NCBI GenBank assembly: GCA_964016885.1
Contig: CAXHJY010000096.1
Span: 992,001 to 1,056,000, forward strand
Direction: 5' to 3'
Length of the DNA stretch: 64,000 nt
Source of the DNA: Eledone cirrhosa
Taxonomy: Eukaryota
Below, piece after piece: positions 53,101 through 64,000 of the stretch (positions are counted from its first letter, which is position 1; every line of letters begins with the position of its first letter). The translations under genes were made by a program, and so were the position numbers. The notes under the pieces were generated by a model. The model saw only the letters and a list, made by a program, of their open reading frames with translations. It had not been told where the DNA came from and did no database searches.

Positions 53101-56100
53101 GTCCAAGGGGAGGTAATATCTAGCCGTCCAAGGGGAGATAATTTCCAGCCGTCCAAGGGGAGATAATTTCCAGCCGTCCAAGGGTAGATAATATCCAGCC
53201 GTCCAAGGACATATTTTCCAGCCGTCCAAGGAGAGGTAATTTCTAGCCGTCCAAGGGGAGATAAATTCCAGCCTCCAAGGTGAGATAATTTCCAGCCAGC
53301 CAAGGGGAGATAATTTGTAAAAAAATCAGGGGGAGATAATTTGTAAAAAAAATCAGGGGGAGATAATTTGTAAAAAAAAATCAGGGGGAGATAATTTGTA
53401 AAAAAAATCAGGGGGAGATAATTTGTAAAAAAAAATCAGGGGGAGATAATTTGTAAAAAAAATCAAGGGGAGATAATTTCCAGCCGTCCAAGGGGAGATA
53501 ATTTCCCGCCAGCCAAGGGAAGATAATATTTAAAAAAATCAGGCGGAGATAATTTGTAAAAAAATCAGGGGGAGATAATTTGTAAAAAAATCAGGGGGAG
53601 ATAATTTGTAAAAAAAAAATCAGGGGGAGATAATTTGTAAAAAAAATCAGGGGGAGATAATTTGTAAAAAAAAATCAGGGGTAGATAAATTGTAAAAAAA
53701 AATCAGGGGGAGATAATTTGTAAAAAAAATCAGGGGGAGATAATTTGTAAAAAAAATGAAAGGGGAGATAATATCCAGCCGTCCAAGGGGAGATAATTTC
53801 CAGCCGTCCAAGGGGAGATAATTTCCAGCCGTCCAAGGGGAGATAATTTCCATCCTTCCAAGGGGATATAATTTCCAGCCGTCCAAGGGGAGATAATTTC
53901 CCGCCAGCCAAGGGAAGATAATTTTTAAAAAAATCAGGCGGAGATTGTAAAAAAAATCAGGGGGGAGATAATTTGTAAAAAAATCAGGGGGAGATAATTT
54001 GTAAAAAAAAATCAGGGGGAGATAATTTGTAAAAAATAATCAGGGGGAGATAATTTGTAAAAAAAAATCAAGGGGAGATAATATCCAGCCGTCCAAGGGG
54101 AGATAATTTCCCGCCAGCCAAGGGAAGATAATATTTAAAAAAATTAGGCGGAGATAATTTGTAAAAAAAATCAGGGGGAGATAATTTGTAAAAAAATCAG
54201 GGGGAGATAATTTGTAAAAAAAATCAGGGGGAGATAATTTGTAAAAAAAATCATGGGGAGATAATTTGTAAAAAAAAATCAGGGGTAGATAATTTGTAAA
54301 AAAAAATCAGGGGGAGATAATTTGTAAAAAAAAATCAGGGGGAGATAATTTGTAAAAAAAATCAAGGGGAGATAATTTCCAGCCGTCCAAGGGGAGATAA
54401 TTTTCAGCTGTCCAAGGAGAGGTAATTTCTAGCCGTCCAAGGGGAGATAATTTCCAGCCGTCCAAGGGGAGGTAATTTCCAGCCGTCCAAGGGGAGATAA
54501 TTTTAAAAAAAAAATCAGGCGGAGATAATTTGTAAAAAAAATCAAGGGGAGATAATTTGCAGCCGTCCAAGGGGAGATAATTTTCAGTCGTCCAAGGAGA
54601 GGTAATTTCTAGCCGTCCAAGGGGAGATAATTGCCAGCCGTCCAAGGGGAGATAATTTCCAGCCGTCCAAGGGGAGATAATTTTTTTTAAAAAATCAGGC
54701 GGAGATAATTTGTAAAAAAAATCAGGGGGAGATAATTTGTAAACAAAATCAGGGGGAGATAATTTGTAAAAAAAAATCAGGGGGAGATAATTTGTAAAAA
54801 AAATCATGGAGAGATAATTTCCAGCCGTCCAAGGTGAGATAATTTCCAGCCGTCCAAGGAGACATATTTTCCAGCCGTCCAAGGCGAGGTAATTTCTAGC
54901 CGTCCAAGGGGAGATAAATTCCAGCCTCCAAGGGGAGATAATTTCCAGCCAGCCAAGTGGAGATAATTTGTAAAAAAATCAGGGGGAGATAATTTGTAAA
55001 AAATATCAGGGAGATAATTTGTAAAAAAAAATCAGGGGGAGATAATTTGTAAAAAAAATCAGGGGGAGATAATTTGTAAAAAAAAATCAGGTGGAGATAA
55101 TTTGTAAAAAAAATCAAGGGGAGATAATTTTCAGCCGTCCAAGGGGAGATAATTTCCCGCCAGCCATGGGAAGATAATATTTAAAAAAATCAGGCGGAGA
55201 TAATTTGTAAAAAAAATCAGGGGGAGATAATTTGTAAAAAAATCAGGGGGAGATAATTTGTAAAAAAAAAATCAGGGGGAGATAATTTGTAAAAAAAATC
55301 AGGGGGAGATAATTTGTAAAAAAAAATCAAGGGGAGATAATTTCCAGCCGTCCAAGGGGATATAATTTCCAGCCGTCCAAGGGGAGATAATTTCCATCCT
55401 TCCAAGGGGATATAATTTCCAGCCGTCCAAGGGGAGATAATTTCCCGCCAGCCAAGGGAAGATAATTTTTAAAAAAATCAGGCGGAGATTGTAAAAAAAA
55501 TCAGGGGGGAGATAATTTGTAAAAAAATCAGGAGGAGATAATTTGTAAAAAATAATCAGGGGGAGATAATTTGTAAAAAAATTCAAGGGGAGATAATTTC
55601 CAGCCGTCCAAGGGGAGATAATTTCCCGCCAGCCAAGGGAAGATAATATTTAAAAAAATTAGGCGGAGATAATTTGTAAAAAAAATCAGGGGGAGATAAT
55701 TTGTAAAAAAATCAAGGGGAGATAATTTGTAAAAAAAATCAGGGGGAGATAATTTGTAAAAAAAATCATGGGGAGATAATTTGTAAAAAAAAATCAGGGG
55801 TAGATAATTTGTAAAAAAAAATCAGGGGGAGATAATTTGTAAAAAAAAATCAGGGGGAGATAATTTGTAAAAAAAATCAAGGGGAGATAATATCCAGCCG
55901 TCCAAGGAGAGATAATTTTAAAAAAAAATGAGGCGGAGATAATTTGTAAAAAAAAAATCAGGGGGAGTTAATTTGTAAAGAAAAATGAGGGGGAGATAAT
56001 TTGTAAAAAAAATCAAGGGGAGATAATTTCCAGCCGTCCAAGGGGAGATAATTTTCAGCCGTCCAAGGAGAGGTAATTTCTAGCCGTCCAAGGGGAGATA

Positions 56101-59100
56101 ATTTCCAGCCGTCCAAGGGGAGGTAATTTCCAGCCGTCCAAGGGGAGATAAATTAAAAAAAAAATCAGGCGGAGATAATTTGTAAAAAAAATCAAGGGGA
56201 GATAATTTGCAGCCGTCCAATGGGAGATAATTTTCAGTCGTCCAAGGAGAGGTAATTTCTAGCCGTCCAAGGGGAGATAATTTCCAGCCGTCCAAGGGGA
56301 GATAATTTCCAGCCGTCCAAGGGGAGATAATTTTTTTTTAAAAATCAGGGGGAGATAATTTGTAAAAAAAATTAGGCGTAGATAATTTGTAAAAAAAAAT
56401 CAGGGGGAGATAATTTGTAAAAAAAAATCAGGGGGAGATAATTTGTTTAAAAAATCAAGGGGAGATAATTTGCAGCCGTCCAAGGGGAGATAATTTTCAG
56501 CCGTCCAAGGAGAGGTAATTTCTAGCCGTTCAAGGGGAGATAATTTCCAGCCGTCCAAGGGGAGATAATTTCCAGCCGTCCAAGGGGAGATAATTTTTTT
56601 TTAAAAATCAGGCGGACATAATTTGTAAAAAAAAATCAGGGGGAGATAATTCGTAAAAAAAAATCAGGGGGAGATAATTTGTAAAAAAAAATCAGGGGGA
56701 GATAATTTGTAAAAAAAATCAAGGGGAGATAATTTCCAGCCGTCCAAGGGAAGATAATTTCCAGCCCTCCAAGGGGCTATAATTTCCAGCGTCCAAGGGG
56801 AGATAATTTCCAGCCAGCGAAGGGGAGATAATTTTTTAAAAAAAATCATTGGGAGATTTGTAAAAAAAATCAGGGGGAGATAATTTGTAAAAAAAATCAA
56901 GGGGAGATAATTTCCAGCCGTCCAAGGGGAGGTAATATCTAGCCGTCCAAGGGTAGATAATTTCCAGCCGTCCAACGGGAGATAATTTCCAGCCGTCCAA
57001 GGGTAGATAATATCCAGCCGCCCAAGGACATATTTTCCAGCCGTCCAAGGAGAGGTAATTTCTAGCCGTCCAAGGGGAGATAATTTCCAGCCGTCCAAGG
57101 GTAGATAATATCCAGCCGTCCAAGGACATATTTTCCAGCCGTCCAAGGAGAGGTAATTTCTAGCCGTCCAAGGGGAGATAAATTCCAGCCTCCAAGGGGA
57201 GATAATTTCCAGCCAGCCAAGGGGAGATAATTTGTAAAAAAATCAGGGGGAGATAATTTGTAAAAAAAATCAGGGGGAGATAATTTGTAAAAAAAAATCA
57301 GGGGGAGATAATTTGTAAAAAAAAATCAGGGGGAGATAATTTGCAAAAAAAATCAGGGGGAGATAATTTGTAAAAAAAAATCAGGGGTAGATAATTTGTA
57401 AAAAAAAATCAGGGGGAGATAATTTGTAAAAAAAAATCAGGGGGAGATAATTTGTAAAAAAAATCAAGGGGAGATAATTTCCAGCCGTCCAAGGAGAGAT
57501 AATTTAAAAAAAAATCAGGCGGAGATAATTTGTAAAAAAAAATCAGGGGGAGATAATTTGTAAAAAAAAATCAGGGGGAGATAATTTGTAAAAAAAAATC
57601 AGGGGGAGATAATTTGTAAAAAAAAATCAGGAGGAGATAATTTGTAAAAAAAATCAAGGGGAGATAATTTCCAGCCGTCCAAGGAGAGATAATTTAAAAA
57701 AAAATCAGGCGGAGATAATTTGTAAAAAAAAATCAGGGGGAGATAATTTGTAAAAAAAAATCAGGGGGAGATAATTTGTAAAAAAAATCAAGGGGAGATA
57801 ATTTCCAGCCGTCCAAGGGGAGATAATTTTCAGCCGTCCAAGGGGAGATAATTTCCCGCCAGCCAAGGGAAGATAATATTCAAAAAAATCAGGCGGAGAT
57901 AATTTGTAAAAAAAATCAGGGGGAGATAATTTGTAAAAAAATCAGGGGGAGATAATTTGTAAAAAAAAAAATCAGGGGGAGATAATTTTTAAAAAAAATC
58001 AGGGGGAGATAATTTGTAAAAAAAAATCAGGGGTAGATAATTTGTAAAAAAAAATCAGGGGGAGATAATTTGTAAAAAAAAATCAGGGGGAGATAATTTG
58101 TAAAAAAAATGAAAGGGGAGATAATATCCAGCCGTCCAAGGGGAGATAATTTCCAGCCGTCCAAGGGGAGATAATTTCCAGCCGTCCAAGGGGAGATAAT
58201 TTCCATCCTTCCAAGGGGATATAATTTCCAGCCGTCCAAGGGGAGATAATTTCCATCCTTCCAAGGGGATATAATTTCCAGCCGTCCAAGGGGAGATAAT
58301 TTTCAGCCGTCCAAGGAGAGGTAATTTCTAGCCGTCCAAGGAGAGATAATTTCCAGCCGTCCAAGGGGAGATGATTTCCAGCCGTCCAAGGGGAGATAAT
58401 TTCCAGCCGTCCAAGGAGACATATTTTCCAGCCGTCCAAGGAGAGGTAATTCCTAGCCGTCCAAGGGGAGATAAATTCCAGCCTCCAAGGGGAGATAATT
58501 TCCAGCCAGCCAAGGGGAGATAATTTGTAAAAAAAATCAGGGGGAGATAATTTGTAAAAAAAATCAGGGGGAGATAATTTGTAAAAAAAAATCAGGGGGA
58601 GATAATTTGTAAAAAATAATCAGGGGGAGATAATTTGTAAAAAAAATCAAGGGGAGATAATTTCCAGCCGTCCAAGGGGAGATAATTTTCAGCCGTCCAA
58701 GGGGAGATAATTTCCAGCCGTCCAAGGGGAGATAATTTCCATCCTTCCAAGGGGATATAATTTCCAGCCGTCCAAGGGGAGATAATTTCCCGCCAGCCAA
58801 GGGAAGATAATTTTTAAAAAAATCAGGCGGAGATTGTAAAAAAATCAGGGGGGAGATAATTTGTAAAAAAATCAGGGGAAGATAATTTGTAAAAAAAAAT
58901 CAGGGGGAGATAATTTGTAAAAAATAATCAGGGGGAGATAATTTCCAGCCCTCCAAGGGGCTATAATTTCCAGTGTCCAAGGGGAGATAATTTCCAGCCA
59001 GCGAAGGGGAGATAATTTTTTTTTAAAAATCATTGGGAGATTTGTAAAAAAAATCAGGGGGAGATAATTTGTAAAAAAAATCAAGGGGAGATAATTTCCA

Positions 59101-59888
59101 GCCGTCCAAGGGGAGGTAATATCTAGCCGTCCAAGGGTAGATAATTTCCAGCCGTCCAACGGGAGATAATTTCCAGCCGTCCAAGGGTAGATAATATCCA
59201 GCCGCCCAAGGACATATTTTCCAGCCGTCCAAGGAGAGGTAATTTCTAGCCGTCCAAGGGGAGATAATTTCCAGCCGTCCAAGGGTAGATAATATCCAGC
59301 CGTCCAAGGACATATTTTCCAGCCGTCCAAGGAGAGGTAATTTCTAGCCGTCCAAGGGGAGATAAATTCCAGCCTCCAAGGGGAGATAATTTCCAGCCAG
59401 CCAAGGGGAGATAATTTGTAAAAAAATCAGGGGGAGATAATTTGTAAAAAAAATCAGGGGGAGATAATTTGTAAAAAAAAATCAGGGGGAGATAATTTGT
59501 AAAAAAAAATCAGGGTGAGATAATTTGCAAAAAAAATCAGGGGGAGATAATTTGTAAAAAAAAATCAGGGGTAGATAATTTGTAAAAAAAAATCAGGGGG
59601 AGATAATTTGTAAAAAAAAATCAGGGGGAGATAATTTGTAAAAAAAATCAAGGGGAGATAATTTCCAGCCGTCCAAGGAGAGATAATTTAAAAAAAAATC
59701 AGGCGGAGATAATTTGTAAAAAAAAATCAGGGGGAGATAATTTGTAAAAAAAATCAGGGGGAGATAATTTGTAAAAAAAAATCAGGGGTAGATAATTTGT
59801 AAAAAAAAATCAGGGGGAGAGAATTTGTAAAAAAAAATCAGGAGGAGATAATTTGTAAAAAAAATCAAGGGGAGATAATTTCCAGCCG

Positions 59889-62800
59889 TCCAAGGAGAGA
59901 TAATTTAAAAAAAAATCAGGCGGAGATAATTTGTAAAAAAAAATCAGGGGGAGATAATTTGTAAAAAAAAATCAGGGGGAGATAATTTGTAAAAAAAATC
60001 AAGGGGAGATAATTTCCAGCCGTCCAAGGGGAGATAATTTTCAGCCGTCCAAGGGGAGATAATTTCCCGCCAGCCAAGGGAAGATAATATTCAAAAAAAT
60101 CAGGCGGAGATAATTTGTAAAAAAAATCAGGGGGAGATAATTTGTAAAAAAATCAGGGGGAGATAATTTGTAAAAAAAAAAATCAGGGGGAGATAATTTG
60201 TAAAAAAAATCAGGGGGAGATAATTTGTAAAAAAAATCAGGGGTAGATAATTTGTAAAAAAAAATCAGGGGGAGATAATTTGTAAAAAAAAATCAGGGGG
60301 AGATAATTTGTAAAAAAAATGAAAGGGGAGATAATATCCAGCCGTCCAAGGGGAGATAATTTCCAGCCGTCCAAGGGGAGATAATTTCCAGCCGTCCAAG
60401 GGGAGATAATTTCCATCCTTCCAAGGGGATATAATTTCCAGCCGTCCAAGGGGAGATAATTTCCATCCTTCCAAGGGGATATAATTTCCAGCCGTCCAAG
60501 GGGAGATAATTTTCAGCCGTCCAAGGAGAGGTAATTTCTAGCCGTCCAAGGAGAGATAATTTCCAGCCGTCCAAGGGGAGATAATTTCCAGCCGTCCAAG
60601 GGGAGATAATTTCCAGCCGTCCAAGGAGACATATTTTCCAGCCGTCCAAGGAGAGGTAATTCCTAGCCGTCCAAGGGGAGATAAATTCCAGCCTCCAAGG
60701 GGAGATAATTTCCAGCCAGCCAAGGGGAGATAATTTGTAAAAAAAATCAGGGGGAGATAATTTGTAAAAAAAATCAGGGGGAGATAATTTGTAAAAAAAA
60801 ATCAGGGGTAGATAATTTGTAAAAAATAATCAGGGGGAGATAATTTGTAAAAAAAATCAAGGGGAGATAATTTCCAGCCGTCCAAGGGGAGATAATTTTC
60901 AGCCGTCCAAGGGGAGATAATTTCCCGCCAGCCAAGGGAAGATAATATTTAAAAAAATTAGGCGGAGATAATTTGTAAAAAAAATCAGGGGGAGATAATT
61001 TGTAAAAAAATCAGGGGGAGATAATTTGTAAAAAAAATCAGGGGGAGATAATTTGTAAAAAAAATCAGGGGGAGATAATTTGTAAAAAAAAATCAGGGGG
61101 AGATAATTTGTAAAAAAAATCAAGGGGAGATAATTTCCAGCCGTCCAAGGGAAGATAATTTCCAGCCCTCCAAGGGGCTATAATTTCCAGCGTCCAAGGG
61201 GAGATAATTTCCAGCCAGCGAAGGGGAGATAATTTTTTTTAAAAAATCATTGGGAGATTTGTAAAAAAAATCAGGGGGAGATAATTTGTAAAAAAAATCA
61301 AGGGGAGATAATTTCCAGCCGTCCAAGGGGAGGTAATATCTAGCCGTCCAAGGGGAGATAATTTCCAGCCGTCCAAGGGGAGATAATTTCCAGCCGTCCA
61401 AGGGTAGATAATATCCAGCCGTCCAAGGACATATTTTCCAGCCGTCCAAGGAGAGGTAATTTCTAGCCGTCCAAGGGGAGATAAATTCCAGCCTCCAAGG
61501 TGAGATAATTTCCAGCCAGCCAAGGGGAGATAATTTGTAAAAAAATCAGGGGGAGATAATTTGTAAAAAAAATCAGGGGGAGATAATTTGTAAAAAAAAA
61601 TCAGGGGGAGATAATTTGTAAAAAAAAATCAGGGGGAGATAATTTGTAAAAAAAAATCAGGGGGAGATAATTTGTAAAAAAATCAAGGGGAGATAATTTC
61701 CAGCCGTCCAAGGGGAGATAATTTTCAGCCGTCCAAGGGGAGATAATTTCCCGCCAGCCAAGGGAAGATAATATTTGAAAAAATCAGGCGGAGATAATTT
61801 GTAAAAAAAATCAGGGGGAGATAATTTGTAAAAAAATCAGGGGGAGATAATTTGTAAAAAAAAAATCAGGGGGAGATAATTTGTAAAAAGAATCAGGGGG
61901 AGATAATTTGTAAAAAAAAATCAGGGGTAGATAAATTGTAAAAAAAAATCAGGGGGAGATAATTTGTAAAAAAAATCAGGGGGAGATAATTTGTAAAAAA
62001 AATGAAAGGGGAGATAATATCCAGCCGTCCAAGGGGAGATAATTTCCAGCCGTCCAAGGGGAGATAATTTCCAGCCGTCCAAGGGGAGATAATTTCCATC
62101 CTTCCAAGGGGATATAATTTCCAGCCGTCCAAGGGGAGATAATTTCCCGCCAGCCAAGGGAAGATAATTTTTAAAAAAATCAGGCGGAGATTGTAAAAAA
62201 AATCAGGGGGGAGATAATTTGTAAAAAAATCAGGGGGAGATAATTTGTAAAAAAAAATCAGGGGGAGATAATTTGTAAAAAATAATCAGGGGGAGATAAT
62301 TTGTAAAAAAAAATCAAGGGGAGATAATTTCCAGCCGTCCAAGGGGAGATAATTTCCCGCCAGCCAAGGGAAGATAATATTTAAAAAAATTAGGCGGAGA
62401 TAATTTGTAAAAAAAATCAGGGGGAGATAATTTGTAAAAAAATCAGGGGGAGATAATTTGTAAAAAAAATCAGGGGGAGATAATTTGTAAAAAAATTCAT
62501 GGGGAGATAATTTGTAAAAAAAAATCAGGGGTAGATAATTTGTAAAAAAAAATCAGGGGGAGATAATTTGTAAAAAAAAAATCAGGGGGAGATAATTTGT
62601 AAAAAAAAATCAGGGGGAGATAATTTGTAAAAAAAATCAAGGGGAGATAATTTCCAGCCGTCCAAGGGAAGATAATTTCCAGCCCTCCAAGGGGCTATAA
62701 TTTCCAGCGTCCAAGGGGAGATAATTTCCAGCCAGCGAAGGGGAGATAATTTTTTTTAAAAAATCATTGGGAGATTTGTAAAAAAAATCAGGGGGAGATA

Positions 62801-64000
62801 ATTTGTAAAAAAAATCAAGGGGAGATAATTTCCAGCCGTCCAAGGGGAGGTAATATCTAGCCGTCCAAGGGGAGATAATTTCCAGCCGTCCAAGGGGAGA
62901 TAATTTCCAGCCGTCCAAGGGTAGATAATATCCAGCCGTCCAAGGACATATTTTCCAGCCGTCCAAGGAGAGGTAATTTCTAGCCGTCCAAGGGGAGATA
63001 AATTCCAGCCTCCAAGGTGAGATAATTTCCAGCCAGCCAAGGGGAGATAATTTGTAAAAAAATCAGGGGGAGATAATTTGTAAAAAAAATCAGGGGGAGA
63101 TAATTTGTAAAAAAAAATCAGGGGGAGATAATTTGTAAAAAAAAATCAGGGGGAGATAATTTGTAAAAAAAAATCAGGGGGAGATAATTTGTAAAAAAAT
63201 CAAGGGGAGATAATTTCCAGCCGTCCAAGGGGAGATAATTTTCAGCCGTCCAAGGGGAGATAATTTCCCGCCAGCCAAGGGAAGATAATATTTGAAAAAA
63301 TCAGGCGGAGATAATTTGTAAAAAAAATCAGGGGGAGATAATTTGTAAAAAAATCAGGGGGAGATAATTTGTAAAAAAAAAATCAGGGGGAGATAATTTG
63401 TAAAAAGAATCAGGGGGAGATAATTTGTAAAAAAAAATCAGGGGTAGATAAATTGTAAAAAAAAATCAGGGGGAGATAATTTGTAAAAAAAATCAGGGGG
63501 AGATAATTTGTAAAAAAAATGAAAGGGGAGATAATATCCAGCCGTCCAAGGGGAGATAATTTCCAGCCGTCCAAGGGGAGATAATTTCCAGCCGTCCAAG
63601 GGGAGATAATTTCCATCCTTCCAAGGGGATATAATTTCCAGCCGTCCAAGGGGAGATAATTTCCCGCCAGCCAAGGGAAGATAATTTTTAAAAAAATCAG
63701 GCGGAGATTGTAAAAAAAATCAGGGGGGAGATAATTTGTAAAAAAATCAGGGGGAGATAATTTGTAAAAAAAAATCAGGGGGAGATAATTTGTAAAAAAT
63801 AATCAGGGGGAGATAATTTGTAAAAAAAAATCAAGGGGAGATAATTTCCAGCCGTCCAAGGGGAGATAATTTCCCGCCAGCCAAGGGAAGATAATATTTA
63901 AAAAAATTAGGCGGAGATAATTTGTAAAAAAAATCAGGGGGAGATAATTTGTAAAAAAATCAGGGGGAGATAATTTGTAAAAAAAATCAGGGGGAGATAA
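59889..64000. repeat. Copy 2 of positions 1-4112 (offset 59,888), including the 1517-bp tandem duplication
   Basis: It begins TCCAAGGAGAGATAATTTAAAAAAAAATCAGGCGG exactly like position 1 and shows the same ORF series. Internal pairs 61120/62637 and 61893/63410 differ by 1517. Confidence 0.95.

Larger units (their letters stand above)
1..64000. repeat. Composite tandem satellite array of two related monomers (type A 25 bp, type B 26-30 bp) sharing the core GGGGAGATAATTT; extends beyond both window edges
   Basis: Every part of the window I read parses into GGGGAGATAATTT-CCAGCCGTCCAA or GGGGGAGATAATTT-GT(A)nTCA units or small variants of them. All are head-to-tail in one orientation, with no unique sequence seen. 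Confidence 0.99.

Noticed and set aside
349-63674. All ORFs in the supplied track (61-230 aa, all on the minus strand)
   Set aside because: They are translations of the repeat, overlap in several frames and mostly start at TTG from CCAA/TCAA. A-tract length changes and 23/24-bp monomers break them with no frame preservation, and I recognise no domain.
1-64000. CRISPR array (constant core plus variable 'spacer')
   Set aside because: The constant part is only 13 bp and the intervening 12-17 bp fall into two repeated classes rather than unique spacers. No leader or cas genes are present.
1-64000. De novo telomerase- or reverse-transcriptase-templated repeats from two templates sharing an alignment region
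   Set aside because: Rare variants and A-tract lengths are copied in register over kilobases, which indicates DNA-level duplication rather than fresh synthesis of each monomer. I recognise no match to a telomeric repeat. A subtelomeric location is not excluded.
1-64000. G-quadruplex array from the G4-G6 tracts on the plus strand
   Set aside because: The tracts are about 21-25 nt apart, far beyond the usual 1-7 nt loops, so canonical intramolecular G4 is not supported.
1-64000. Plasmid or phage iterons, or a replication origin
   Set aside because: Iteron clusters have a few to tens of copies beside a rep gene; here there are thousands of copies and no gene.
1-64000. Pure sequencing or low-complexity artefact
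   Set aside because: Structured, heritable variants and nested duplications are not expected from basecalling noise. The copy number of the largest duplications could still be misassembled.

Overview
The whole 64 kb is one uninterrupted, single-orientation tandem-repeat (satellite/minisatellite) array, roughly 2,450 monomers by simple division (64,000/~26). I find no credible gene, RNA gene, transposon or CRISPR. Two monomer classes share a 13-bp core GGGGAGATAATTT. Type A is 25 bp (GGGGAGATAATTTCCAGCCGTCCAA, 52% GC). Type B is 26-30 bp (GGGGGAGATAATTTGT(A)7-11TCA, about 30% GC). They alternate in runs, and dedicated variant monomers mark the run boundaries. The runs form recurring cassettes that are reshuffled into nested higher-order repeats with offsets of 98, 496/594, 803/831, 1517, 1660, 3012, ~4000, ~5000, 8454, 10578/14586 and 59888 bp. 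Positions 1-4112 recur at 59889-64000, which points to either a ~59.9-kb macro-repeat or a circular/over-assembled contig. All listed ORFs are by-products of the repeat. The organism cannot be determined from the sequence; the architecture most resembles eukaryotic heterochromatic, centromeric or subtelomeric satellite. I cannot demonstrate a new biological system here. The best candidates are structural: the two-state monomer grammar, the constant-length sliding T/A tracts and the 59.9-kb period. Offsets come from the ORF track and were spot-checked by eye; block boundaries are approximate.
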